A stretch of DNA of 64,000 bases from Tubulanus polymorphus (taxonomy: Eukaryota; Animalia; Nemertea). Under the pieces are notes generated by a model. That model was not told the origin of the DNA and ran no database searches. It worked only from the letters and a program-made list of their open reading frames with translations. Location: NCBI RefSeq assembly GCF_964204645.1, contig NC_134025.1:17583101-17647100 (forward strand). Reading direction: 5' to 3'. The position numbers were made by a program, and so were the translations under genes. This document shows, piece by piece, positions 27,206 to 40,191 of this stretch; position 1 is the stretch's first letter, and each line of letters opens with the position of its first letter.

Positions 27206-27400
27206 TGGTTTGAAGGATCAAACATTAGGTATTGTTTTTACAATGTATGTTGTAAGGTGGTGCTGCCACCTATTCATGTTATGCATGCTTTAGTTTGGAG
27301 AATAGATGCCAAGATGGCTTAATAAACTTTTGTTATATTCATTCGAAAAAATTGATTGTCATCCGGTCTACTTGAAGAATTTAGGAGAATCACCCCGACA
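27206..27400 (+). repeat. BEL 3' LTR
   Basis: TG...CA, followed by TSD TTTGA. Confidence 0.97.
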
Positions 27401-30400
27401 TTTGATGATTGCAGTTTATCAATATATCAGGACACATCTATCTATGATAGATTCTGTAGGAAATTTTCAGAACAATTAAAACAGATATATACTCCACGAG
27501 CAATGCACGTTCATGTTTCAAAATAATCTGTTAGCATACACATTTAATATTTAGGCAATATAGAAATGATATGAAATCTATAAACTATAGACGAGTTTAA
27601 TACAATTGAATTCATACTGCAGAGTACGATTTAGACTGGACCTGGTACCAGTTTCTGTCGAAACAACATACAGATTTAGTCTGTTCCAAAATTTGGACAG
27701 GACTAGGTTGGCTCTTTTAGGTCCTTTTAAATTAGACCAGTCTAAAATAGACTGGATGAATTTGGAATGGATATTTTACCGGCCTAAGCTGGACTGGGCC
27801 AAATTATACCGGTCTAAAAAAGGTTGTGTGAACGAGCCTATTGGTCCTCATGAAGCTTCCATCAGATGTAGCCAGGTCTATTTGTAAGCTTTATCATATG
27901 TATGTGTTCACGACATACCGGCTGTCCTTTGCTACGAGTTGACACCTGTCCCCCTATCTCTTTCATATCCAGATGGTTAGATTTACAAAACAACAAAAAG
28001 CTCATTCAAAAAGGCTGCCCTCGAAAGTTGTGGTGTTCCCATTCTCGATTATTATCCTGAAGATGCCTCAGATGTAGTCATTGTAGATGGCATGGCTGTC
28101 CTACATTCAATGTCGGTGAAGGAATTGATGAATTTTCAGCAAGTTCTACAGAAATTCTATGATTTCGTCACAGGAATGATAATCGCTAACTGTTCACGAT
28201 TAGATGCTGTAATGGATAGATATTCAGGTTGCAGTATTAAGCTGACCGAAAGATAGAGAAGGCTGCAAGCAGGCATTTTGCTAAAAAACATCACTAATTC
28301 GACCCCAATTACAAAACAATGGGAGAAGTTCCTCAGTATTCCGGACAATAAAATTCTTCTCCTGAACTACATGTACAAAGAAATGCTGAATTTAGGCCAA
28401 ACCCTGCCAAGTGGAATAGATATAATCTTAGGAGGATTCGGTGATCAGCCAACCATAAATTTCAACCAGACGAATCAGGTAATCTCTCCACAGCTAAAAT
28501 CAGATACAGAAGAAGCCGATGGTAGAATTCTCTCATCTTCTCTCTTTGGGAGGAACAGGATCTGTAAATGTGGTCCCGCCAGATACTGATGTATTCATCC
28601 TTCTATTGCATTTCTTTTATAAAATGAAGATAGATAAACTTATCAACAAATTCGACACACCAGCATATTTCCAATTCATGAAGCTGTCAGCCAACTAGGA
28701 GATCTGGTTAAATTTGTCCTGCCAACATACGTATTGACAGGATGCAATAGTCTTTCGGCAATCAGAGGCATAGGCCAGGTAACACCATGGAAAGTGATCA
28801 TGAATGATCCACATATGGTATCCTGCTTGGAGCAATTAGGATCGAGCCTTAATATCTCACCTGAAACCGTAGAGGCATGTTCAAGACTAATTGTAAAATG
28901 CTATAATCGATGTGCACAAGGTTTATCGCTCAATGAACTACGCTATAAACTCTTCTGCCGAAAAGGTTGTACTGCAACCCTGCTACCAACTAAGGATTCA
29001 TTTGGACTTCACATAAAACAAGTGAACTTCCAAATCTATTTATGGATTGAAACAAAAGCGTATGTACCTTCACCTATTGGGAATGGGTGGGAATGAGAAA
29101 AATATGGAAAAATCGAGCCACTGTGGACTGTATCAGATACCGCACCGGCAGATTTAGTGAACATATCTACATGTGGCTGCAAGGGTAATTGTTCAACTCG
29201 CCAATGTACTTGCGTGAAAAATGGACTTCAGTGCACTGATGCATGCTCATGCAGAGACTGCGAAAACTTTTTCATCAAAGTGAACATTGAAACTGTCGAA
29301 GAGAATTTTGACATTACATAGATATTATCAATGATGCAGGTTCGGTCTAAAATTACTTTTAGGTATAAACAATTATCACTGTTAGAAAATTACACCTACA
29401 ATCACAGGCTCCACGGATTAGTAAGCGGAGTGCTACAAGAAATTGTAGAAATTTAGTAAACATTTCCTCTTCAGATTACTCTAAGGCTATTTCTAAGTAT
29501 ACACTACATCAATGTAATCATTGTCTCTAGGCATGTAAAATCAAAACCATTTAATCTTTTAGCGATAATTTACAAATAACAACATTTCTAAATATCGCTT
29601 CTTGAAAAATTCAAATAGTGGATACCTTATTTTTATTAGGGTTTTCTGTTACATCACAGAAAACCTATTGATTTTCGCGTGTTTATCATTATTATTTGAC
29701 AATTGACATCAAAACTGCAAAGGCTTTCTTACCTTACCGCTGATTCCGATACAATCCATTTTATTTCATTTAACTCACTTCGATCTACAGATACTGCATG
29801 GGAGTTTTGATGAATCAACGTTACAAAAGCACTGTCGGGCCGTAAACAACGAAAATTGAGCCCCATTCAATGACATGTTTTTTAGAGTCGTCATCCCGAA
29901 ATCCACCGGAGGCTGCTCGTCACTTCCATTATCAATTCAAGTATAAATAAACAAATTTATTGCCGAAAGTTTCACACTCAGTCGCGGTCTTTGAACAGTA
30001 ATTATAACAATTACCCATTTTCTTCATCGGTACACTTTACCGATCCACATGATATTTACTACTCCAAATAATACATTATTAGCACTATCGAGCTGTAAAG
30101 ATCGCTAATCAACGCGTGCCATGAGAATCAAATCAAGTACAAATAAATTTATTACTCCCAGTGACTTGACCGAGGGCTTCAAACAGATACTTTTACTATG
30201 TTCTATTTTCCTTTACCAAATTTACCGGATATTTACTACCATAAATCATTTAAGTACCTGCGAGTCGTAGGTCTAAACTAAACAGGCCGAACAGATTCAG
30301 CAGAGAAAAGCTGTAGTGTTGACGAGGTATCAAAATAAATGAATTTATTACTACAGTGATTTGGCCCCGGCTTGAACCATGCATCAGCATTCTATTTTTA

Positions 30401-30990
30401 GTACAGTACATATCGATATTTACTAAATACAAGTATATGAGACACTCTTATCCGCAAGCTGGACTCACGCTTGTATTCGGAGTCAGTGTTTGCCGCGGGG
30501 ATAGGAGATCGTTTCTAGGTCGCTTGAAATGTTCATTGAGTTGTACGCGACCTTTAGGCCTACCAGTACACTGAGCTTTACTGTCTCAAACAAACACATG
30601 TAATGGTTGTGATAATTAACGGACTCATGAATTGAACTCCAAAACAGAATTTGCAAAAAGAAATCCGGCAACATTGCTGCAATGTACAAAGATTTCTTTC
30701 TTCATAATCCAAAAATGAAATCGATTTTACGAATTGAATATCCCAGAGCTAGACCTATCCCTGTTAAATAAGGTGTAGGAATTCGATGTTTAGGAGGGTT
30801 GAAATTCAATAGGCCTAAGACCAATCCATCCGGATGTTAGGCCTACGCATATACATAGGCTTACGTAGGCTAGTAGCCTCTACTAGGTTAAAGCTAAGTT
30901 CACTGTAAAGCAGGAATCAGATTTGTATTAGTGATTAACTAGTTCTGACTTCCAATGATCAATCACAATAATCAACGATATTTCATCTGC

Positions 30991-32100
30991 AATTAGGGGT
31001 CAAGGGACACCATGCCCACTTGGGAAGTGGTTTCAAATGCTCAACAATCTAACAATTTCAATACATAACGCCCCCTAGTGACCATATACAAAAACCAATG
31101 ACCTTGAAAACCACCACAATCATAGAACATGTCAGCAGCTATGATTTTGTAATTGATTGTGATAACAAAATATGCCTCGTTACCAATTTAATATGGAAAT
31201 ACAAAGTTATTCTACTATTCAACGCCCCTGGTGACCATATGCGAAACCCAATGACCTTAAAACTCACCACAATCGTAGTACATGTCAAGAAATACAACTT
31301 TGCAATTGATCATGGTAACAAAATATGCCTAGGTACAAATATAATATAGAAATACTAAGTTATTGTATTATTCAACGCCCCCTGGTGGCCACATACAAAA
31401 ACCAATGACCTCTGAAACTCAACAAAATCATAGAACACTTTATGGGCTACAACTTTCCGATTGAAAATAGTAAGACAATATGCTTAGGTATCAATTTAAT
31501 GTGGAAAAACTTTTCCCACCTGCGAATGAGTAATGATGACACCAAAATGGCCGCCAATTGCGTCATAATTGGCAGATCAAAAATACCTGTCTCAGGTATA
31601 AAACATCTCTTTCTAAAGAATACCTATCACAAATTGCAATGAGAAATGGCAAAACAGTAGGAAGCTACAGGACTTAGAATTCTGGCCAAAATTGACGTTT
31701 TTGGGCACTAAAAAAGTCATAGGACAGCAATCTTGAGTCAGATCGACCCAATTTATCTTATGCTGATGGGCACTTGGTAGATCCAAATATAAACTAAAGA
31801 TCAAGGTAATTGATCAAAGCATCTTCAAAATTTCCCTCGAAAACTTCGAAAATGTGTAAAAAGTGCTGACTTTGGCGAACAACAATGGTTGCAAGTCGGC
31901 CATCTTGAATCTTACAGGGCCAGATTTTGGGCTGAAGATGTGTCTAGGGTAGATACATGTATAAATTAAATATCAAGACATTACCTTGAAGCGTCTTCAA
32001 AACTTCCCAAAATAACTGGATTCCGTCTACGGACAGACGGATGGACGGATGGCGGACAAAAAGTGAACGTAATAGCCCTTAAGTCCCAAGTGGGCAAAAA
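30991..32100 (+). mobile_element. HINE-like family B element with ~153-bp tandem array and (GACG)n microsatellite
   Basis: Units aacgcccc(c)t(a/g)gtg(a/g)cca... at about 31067, 31221 and 31374; gacggacagacggatggacgga near 32030; related copies at 40192-41100 and 54245-54820. Confidence 0.7.
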
Positions 32101-32955
32101 TGAAGATTTTTTTAAATTTCGTCTGAGCAGACAGCTTCATTGAGTTATTTCATCATTAATGAAATTGGTATTTCATTAATTCCTAATGACTTAAGTTACT
32201 GCAGAGCCCCAGAAAGATCTTTTTTCGTTCAAAAAGCCTTTCGCTCGAAATTTTTTTCGTCGAAATAAAAAATTTGAAACAAAAATATTTTGTTCGATTG
32301 AACCAATTTGAAAAAAATTTTTAAGACAAAGTTGTTTTCGTTCGAACAAATCTTTTTTGTCCATACGAAACGTCGGTCGGTCGAACAAAATCCTTTTCAT
32401 TTGAACAAAATTTTCTTGTCAGAATGTTAAGTTTTCCGTTCGATCAAGTATATTTTAAAAAGTTTTTCAATCGAACAGAATTATTTTCATTCAAACATTT
32501 GTTCGAACGAAATTGTTTTCACACGACAAAATGTTTTTGTCAGGACAAAAAGTTTTTACCTTCAACAATAACATAGCTTTTTACTCATATTTACTCACAT
32601 AATTTTTTTGTCAGACCGAAGAAAAGTTTTCATTTGAACAAAAAGCGTATTGTTCGATCAAACAGAATTGTTTTCATTCGAACAAGATTTTCTTGTCGGA
32701 ACATTAAGTTTTTCGTTCGAACAGATATATTGCTCGATCGAAGCGTTTTTCATTCCGAAGAGCAAAATTTTGGTGGAACTAAATAGTCTTTTTGTTATAA
32801 TGAGTAATCTTAATTCGAACAAAATAATCTTCTCATTTGAACACAAAGGTATAATCTGAACCTGGGATTTCTTTGTATCCAATATCCATATCATGCCTTT
32901 CGGGTTGAAGCCCATCTTCCATATTTCTGACAAAAAACGGAACACAGCTTGTTAA

Positions 32956-33932
32956 CCCTTACAATACCACTACCGTATGGCATACGGTACAAATTGGCAA
33001 GCTAGCATACCCATACCATATGTGATACGGTATCACTTAACCCTTCTTCTAGAAGGCATATCTATCAGTATCAGCCGGTGCTGCCATCTGCATAAAATCC
33101 AAGATGGCAACAGCCAGGAAAAAACAATTTGGCTGGATGAAACGGTTCAGCAGCTCGTATATGATGCTGACAGTGATGCTGGTGACTTGGGAGTGACAAG
33201 GAATATGACAGCAGCAGTTCAGATGATGAGACTTAGTCAGAAAATAGGTTTATAGTGCCGGCTATGATCTTGATGATAAAAATGAAACCAGTGACAATTT
33301 TCTTAGACCCTGTTGATACGGTTGTCATGACAACGGACAACAATAACAATAATGAAGAACCAGAAACTGTCCATGCTCAAGGTCTTATATATCCAAATAA
33401 TGTGTCTTATTTGTAAGCCTAATGGTTATCAACACCATGGTATACAATGTATCAGTGTCAAATACAAATGTAACAATTTTCTGAGGCCTGAGATTATACC
33501 CCAATGAAACCCCTTAAATCCGGCCTTCCGACATATCGGTGAAGAAGTTGGTAAATGAGTGAAAAAAATAAATTTTTTAGTTGTTCTATTGCTTTTGAAT
33601 TTTTACTACATAAAGTAAGGATATATGGCATACTATTTCAGTTGGAATTGAATAGTTCGGTGCATTTTGCTGGTGACAGAGCAGTTTATCTGAAACTTTT
33701 TCGTGAATTTTTGATGGCGGCCATCTTGGAGTATGTGACCTTGACCTCAAGTTCACTTATATCTAAATTATTTATGTCTACATTGTTGGCCCAAAAGCTA
33801 TCAACAACATGCTATATAAATTTTCTGTGTCAGATACCTTGGTAACTATTCTATGAAGTTTCAAATATACCCCTATAAACCCTTAAATTCCCTCCAGTAC
33901 AGCAGCGGAGACACTATGTGGTATTGAAACGG
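32956..33932 (+). mobile_element. Non-autonomous piggyBac element
   Basis: TTAA on both sides; TIRs CCCTTACAATACCAC / CCGTTTCAATACCAC (13/15); acidic N-terminal transposase-like remnant near 33100-33250. The host repeat is uninterrupted at the equivalent site near 1880. Confidence 0.85.
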
Positions 33933-34284
33933 TTAAGGTCGTTTTGGAAATATACTCTGTCCGGTACATTTTGAATTACTCTGTATATCATCTATCAGGA
34001 GAGTGAAGAAAAGCCGACTTAGGATACAACCTTGCGTGACTTCACTAGTTAGACCGATTTATTCCAAAATGAGATTTCGGCCTCCTGTTTTCATTCAGAG
34101 AAATCTGCTGAGCCATTTAAGCGACCCATTATTGAAACTGTTTCTGAATAGCGTCCATCTGGTCCAGTCATCCATGGTTTCAAAGTAGGCCTAATTGACT
34201 GTTTGTCAACTGTCCATTTATAAAACCGACGGAATTTCTCTCGCTATCATCTTACACGGATATTGTGTATCTTCTCATCTCATC

Positions 34285-34680
34285 GTTTTATTGTGAAATT
34301 CTTATTGTCTCAATAAAGAATGAATTGAATTATCATCAGTATGCTGCGCATGAATACCAATTTCTAGACTGGTTACTGGTCTCTATCTCCAATTAGATAT
34401 TGAATGGGAAAGGCAACCAGTCTATTACAATTTCAAAACTGATCACGCACGCTCAAACCAAGGTTGGGGTGCGCTGCTGAAATAACAAAACTGATAAAAT
34501 AAATCATAAAACAAAGATATAGCCAATATACGAAAAGAACCTATATCTTATTACTGCATTAAATGTGTGTTAATATCAGCGCCCAAGAAAATTTCTAACG
34601 AAAGTTATCGACTCCCCAAGCAAGTTATCAAGCCGTGTGGTAGCAATATGGGCTGTCAAGCTTGCAAGCCCACAAGAATT
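34285..34680. repeat. Dispersed repeat shared with about 45400-45710
   Basis: Shared gcgcatgaataccaatttc, ctgatcacgcac, gcgctgctgaaataacaaaa and atcgactccccaagcaagtt. Confidence 0.8.
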
Positions 34681-36404
34681 ATAATTCGTCATAAACAAAG
34701 TTATTTTATAAAAGAAAACTTTCATTTGACCGCCACTTGAAACATCGCATTCATATGTGCAGTAGAGCGTTCATCAGGTATAGCGTGAATGTGTGTGTAT
34801 GTATTCATCACTCACGCAAGCATGATCAGATAAAGAAGGCAGTCAAAACAAACTATTCAATGAAACAATACCGACGGCATATACATATTTCAAATATAAT
34901 TTATCAAATTCTCACAAGCTGAAATGGTCAAAATTTGTTCTTCACTATTTCATCTTCCAGTTATTCCAAAATATATTAGGTGTCTGCACTTTTTTGATAG
35001 GGTCGCCCAGAAACCATTATCAGAGGTATATTTCTTTGAGCTAATACATTACCAAGACAAATCCAGGTAAGGAAACTATTGACATTGCCATACCTATGTA
35101 CTAGTTAGGCTACTAATTTAAACAGCCTAAACTCGATTATTTTCTTAACCATCCAAATATCAAGTGTGCCACATAGGCATACATGCCAACATTGGGATTA
35201 CCACTTTCAGTATTTTTGGTTAAAAGTTCCGTTTTTTTCAGTATTATTTTCAAAAACATTTTCTTTAGCAACATTTTCAGTATTTTAATATCTTAATCGG
35301 TATTTTCTAATCTTTACCTTAAGAATCATCCGTACTCAGTTCATTAGATCAGCAGCATTTCGTAAAAAGAGAAGAATCTGGACAGCTAGCAATAAAGCAA
35401 ATTGGCTTCCTTTCTTGAAAAGGAATAAACATGTGGAAATAGCTGGCTGTAATAGTCTTTATGACTCTAAACACACAGTTCTTCAGTGGTACTGGCATGT
35501 CTAAATCCCCACCCTTGCTCTTTCTCAACATCTTAACACCTTTAACTTAACTTATATATTTTCACTTTTACAATCTCAAAAAGTGCCATCAAAGCTGCAT
35601 CTGATTAAGGGATCGGACATGTTCAAATAGGACTACAAACAAGACTTCACACACAGCAAATTTTGAATTGAATTGAATGACAATTCGGCCTATATTAGTT
35701 ACTAATATTGGCCAACTTAAAAAACATAACAAATACAGATGAATCATACGGGTTGGTATGTATGCGTACGGTCGAATGAAATGATCGCCATTTTGTTTTT
35801 CGATTGCGGCTTTGCCATAATTTTGATATTGGTTTTCCCAATACATCAGAAGCCCATAAATTCCGGGTATTTCCTGTATATCCCAAAACAGCCAATCACA
35901 TTTGCTCGTAGAGACTACACCCCAAAATCAAGGTCATTGCAATTTCATATGCAATAGCTAAGAAATTTCCGGCGAAAAACTATTTTTCAGAAAATTTGAC
36001 CATGTCATCAACAGAGGTTTCGTATGTTTTCAATCGCATCAATTATACGTGGTTTAGGCCGGGAACCAATTTAATAAATGCTCACATGAAAAGAATGTAC
36101 TGCAATTTTGCATAATTGGCTCACAGCCAATTCCGCTATCGCTAACAAAGGTAAACCAAAACTTTTAAACAATTTACACTTCTATGAAAAGGCCTGATCA
36201 TTCAGATTTAAAGAATCCAGGATGAGCTAGCTCTAGTTATCAATTTGAGAAGATATTAGCTAAAGTCTATTTACAGCGAGTTGACAGGAGGCTTTTTCTC
36301 CACATCAAAGAGCAGCTGCTGCTGTGAGCTGTCAGATAGCTGCTACACAAATGATGAATCACAGCTGTGCTGACCCACTGCAGCCCAGCGTCCACCAAGA
36401 GTGA

Positions 36405-36477
36405 ATAACACACACGCATATGCACACACCACACACAGACCACACCACACATATCGCACACACCACACACACGCACA
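36405..36477 (+). repeat. Imperfect (CA)n microsatellite
   Basis: Direct reading. Confidence 0.85.
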
Positions 36478-37210
36478 CCCTTATGAAAGTAAAGTGCACT
36501 TCAAGTGCACTTCCATGAGTAAAGTACACTCAAAGTGTACTCAGTGTACCCGGTGCTTGACTTCAAATTCAAATGTGCAAAAACGAATTTGAAAAAATAT
36601 CAGGTTTTCATTAGGGCACAACTTGCATCTCAACCACTCAGTTCTTTAATATTACAAAAGTCAGTTTAAAATGCAAATGATTTGGTTGACAAATTCATTA
36701 TTAATATCAGCGATGATTCTTCGCCTGAATCAGATTCATATTCGGTATATAATATGGGTGCATCCGCAAAAGATAGTGACTGGGTAGGATTGGAGTTCTG
36801 TGCCATCTTATCATCTAGATATAATAATGCCATAGTTGCTGAATCTGTGTAAAAACCATAGCAACAAGCCACTTAACTGGTGCAGCATGCACTCTGCAAC
36901 AGATATCACTACTGTAAACTGATACCCCTGTGGACAAAGAGCCACCCGTCGTTGTGAATAGACTTTACATTCATGGAGTAGTCATTTGACAAATCAATAC
37001 CCCAAACTATAATAGACCAGCAAAAGTATGTTACTGTCAAAGTAAATTACTGCCGAAATAGTTCCACTTATTTTTAGCTCTGTACTTTGTACTCTTTAGC
37101 TAATCATGGTATTTCAATCTTGAATTAAGTGTTGATTTCCATTTGACTAAATGCTATTTCTTCAATTGCATAACTCATAATTGGTATAATACGTAGTCCA
37201 GAAAACTAAT
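36478..37210. mobile_element. Left arm of a CMC (EnSpm/CACTA-like) element
   Basis: CCCTTATGAAAGTAAAGTGCACTT terminus preceded by CA, with subterminal aagtgcactt/aagtacact repeats. Internal boundary uncertain. Confidence 0.55.
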
Positions 37211-38098
37211 GACAAAATATAGCTGCAAAGCAGCGATAACGGGTTTTCTGCACAGTCTTAGAATCCTGTTCAACGGCGGATTTCGACAAAGCATTTGATA
37301 AGGCACAACATCAGCCATTACTAAACAGGCTATTAGGAAACAGTATCAATGATAGGTCGCTCAAATGGCTCAGCAGTTATCTCTGAACGAAAACTTGTAG
37401 CCAAAATCAACGAACCGCCTCATCTTGGAATAAGTCGGTCTAACTAGTGGAGTCAAGGTAGTATCCTAAGTCGTCATTTGTCCTGACAAATGAAATATAC
37501 TAGACCGAGTAAATTTCCAAAACGACCTAACACGCCGTTCGACCAAAAAACTTAATGTTTCGACAAGAAAATCTTGTTCGAGTGCAAACAATTCTGTTTG
37601 ATCGAGCAATACACTTTTTGTTTGAATCAAAACTTTTCTTCATTCTGACAAAAAATGTGTTCCAATAAAAAGCTATGTTTTTGTTGAAATGAAAAACTTT
37701 TTGTCCCGGCAAAAAATTTGGTTAAGCGAAAACAATTTTTTTCGAACGAATGTTTGAATGAAAAAAATTCTGTTCGATTGAACGAAATACTCAATACTTT
37801 TGGTTTAGAAACTTTTTACAATATACTTGTTCGAACGAAAAACTTAATGTTCCGACAAGAAAATTCTGTTCAAATTAAAACTATGCTGTTTGATCGAACG
37901 TTTGTTCGAACGAAAACCTTTCGTTTGGACAAAAAAAAAGTTTGGTCAGCTTTGTTCGAACGATTGTTTCAAATTGGTTCAATCGAACAGAATATTATTA
38001 GTTCGAACGAAATAAATTTTGTTCCGACGAAAGAATTTTCAAGCGAAAGGTCTTTTGAACGAAAAAAAAGGTATTTCTGGGTCTCCGCAGTAACTTAA

Positions 38099-38415
38099 TG
38101 CCGGACATAGGTCAAGATGCGATCATTGCATTGCATCGCAAGTTTCGGTGCATGTCGGTTACGATACGATTGTCAGCAACTGTTTGCGACTATAGTTTCT
38201 GCCAGTTGCAACAGCGCCTAGGTCACGTGACAGTCGTGTCGCGTCGAAGAAAGTAGAACACGTGCGACTCCTTGTGAGTGGCGTTGCTGACAGTCGCAAC
38301 CCGTCGCAAGGGAGCGTAGGTCGATGAGTCGTTGCGACACAATCGTCGCTAGCGGTCGCAGTGAATGGCGTCGCAGTGAGTCACAAGCCGTCGCAAAGCC
38401 GACCTACGTCCGGCT
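38099..38415. mobile_element. PIF/Harbinger MITE
   Basis: TAA TSD on both sides; TIRs tgccggacataggtc / agccggacgtaggtc (13/15); internal gtcgca/tgcgac palindromic motifs. Confidence 0.85.
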
Positions 38416-38419
38416 TAAG

Positions 38420-38744
38420 TAATAATAATTATAATAAATGTCATTTATATAGCGCAGGTATCCAAACCTAGTCTGTTCAACCGGCTCCAAATTTTTGGTA
38501 TTCTTACCCCCAGCCTTTAACTCTATTCATGTATCAGTCATCTCTCCTTAGGGAGAAGTAACATCCGATCGGCTACTAGGCGCTCAGGAGTCATATATCA
38601 GACCAAGTACCCATTTTACCCCCGGGTGGAGAGAGGCAATGAGGATAAATGTCTTGCCCGAGGACACTACGGTAATGTACGGGGTTCGAACACACGACCT
38701 GGCTTCCCAGAGTCGAACGCTCTAACCACTCGCCCACACTGCTC
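38420..38744 (-). mobile_element. tRNA-derived SINE with CORE-like domain and L2-type tail
   Basis: A box TGGGCGAGTGG, B box GTTCGAACC, central gtgtcctcgggcaagacattt...taaaatgggtac, and 3' gcgctatataaat plus (TTA)n. Confidence 0.85.
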
Positions 38745-40191
38745 ACTCGAAGTCATTACCAATTAATGAAATACCAGTTTCATTTATGATGAAAAAAACT
38801 CAGATGAAAAGTCTGGCTTATAAAGATGTCTGCTCAGACGAAATTTTCAAAAAAAATCTTCATTTTTGCCAATAAAATTGATAATTGTGATTGATCGTTG
38901 CAAGTCAGAACCAGTTAATCACTAATTAACATGCATTTTAATAAATCTGATTCCTCCTTGACAGTGAACTTAGCTTTGACTTTTAAGTAGAGGCTACTAG
39001 CCTATGTAGGCCTATGTATATACGTAGGCCTAACATCCGGACAGATTAGTCGTAGGCCTATTGAATAACAACCCTCCTAAATATCGTAAATTTTGTTTTG
39101 AAGTTCAATCCAATGCATCCGTTAATAAACACAACAATTATATTGTGTTTGTTTGAGACAGTAAAGCTCAGTACCGGTAGGCCTAAAGCCTTAAGGTCGC
39201 GTAAAACTCGATAAAATCTTCAAGCGACACAGCGAACGATCTCCTTTCCCCCACAGCGAACGCTTACTCTGAATGTCAAGTGTGAGTCAAGCATACGGAT
39301 AGGAGTGTGTTATATACTTGTATTTAGTAAATACCTTGTGCATGTGACAATGATCGGTATGTACTGTAGGAAATATAGAGTATTGATGGTATTGATACAG
39401 AGGTTGAAGCCCGCGGCCGAATAAAGTAATATATTCTTTTATTTTGATACCTCGTTGACATAACAGCTTTTCTCCGCTATATCTCTTCGGCATGTCTAGT
39501 TTAGGCCTACGACTCCCCGGTACACTAAAGATTTATCTTAGTAAATACATGGTTAATTTGGTAAAGAAAAATAGGTATTGTTAAACTAACTCCTTGAAAC
39601 CCGCAGCCAAATCACTGGTAGTAATAAATTAATTTGTACTCTATTTGATTCTCATGATGAGGAGAAACTCGCAGCTGATCCCCGGAACGACGATGTAGTG
39701 GTACACGTCGATTCGTCGATGTTTACGGCTCGACAGTGCTTTTAAAATCTGAAGTAGTAAATTTCCTATGTATCGGTAATATGATTTGATGAGGAAAATG
39801 GGCTATTGTTAAAATTACTGTTTGAAGACCGCGGCTGAATGTGAAGTCTGCGGCAAAAAATTAGTTCATTTATACTTGAATTGATAATCGAAGCGACAAT
39901 CGGCCTGCGGGTTGATTTCAGGATGACGACTCGAAAAACATGTCGCCCCATTGAATGGGGCTAAATTTTCGATGTTTACGGCCCGACAGTGCTTTTGTAA
40001 CGATGATTCGTGAAAAAACACACGGAGTATTTGTAGATCTCAGTGAGCTGAACGATATCATACGGATTGTATCGACAACAGCGGCAAGGTAACAAAGCCT
40101 TAGTTCTTTTAGTGAAAATAGTGTGACATAAAATAATAATAAGAAGCACGCGAATCTCAATAGGGTTTTCTGTGATGTAACAGAAAACCCT

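Larger units (their letters stand above)
20856..27400 (+). mobile_element. Full-length BEL/Pao LTR retrotransposon, 6545 bp
   Basis: Two 195-bp TG...CA LTRs, 5-bp TSD TTTGA (20851-20855 and 27401-27405), PBS, PPT and a single gag-pol reading frame. Confidence 0.97.
20636..27839. mobile_element. PIF/Harbinger-like MITE split by the BEL insertion
   Basis: Imperfect TIRs (agccgccttcagac / gtgtgaacgagcct) and inverted subterminal gaccagt/actggtc/ggactggacc motifs on both sides of the BEL element. TSD not clean. Confidence 0.5.
17540..29321 (+). mobile_element. Decayed AcademX-type DNA transposon (transposase, XPG/PIN nuclease, Cys8 finger) with spliceosomal introns, interrupted by nested elements
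   Basis: TPKHVSLS..V..LTGSK.LI.MLNRLGHS.SY, TFDLAIYRKA (about 19175), IKLGGFH, HNYAR|WLPIY across GT-AG intron 19730-19853, VDGMAVLH, EEADGRI, DTDV, TGC(N)S..GIG, and terminal CGCKGNCSTRQCTCVKNGLQCTDACSCRDCEN (about 29172-29267). Many stops and frameshifts. Termini possibly TAG at 16397 and CTA at 29489, but no TSD confirmed. Confidence 0.8.
29637..34230 (-). mobile_element. Helentron/HINE-like family A copy interrupted by a family B element and a piggyBac derivative
   Basis: Terminal hairpin tagggttttctgt...acagaaaacc(c)ta. Colinear, inverted similarity to 37213-40194 over about 2.5 kb. Confidence 0.7.

Noticed and set aside
28070-29270. Host FEN1/XPG repair gene or tesmin/CXC gene
   Set aside because: The motifs are colinear with upstream Academ transposase motifs and carry stops and frameshifts; this is the known AcademX architecture.
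16397-29489. Exact Academ termini (TAG...CTA)
   Set aside because: Only weak inverted similarity and no matching TSD (aat versus ttt), so not reported as firm boundaries.
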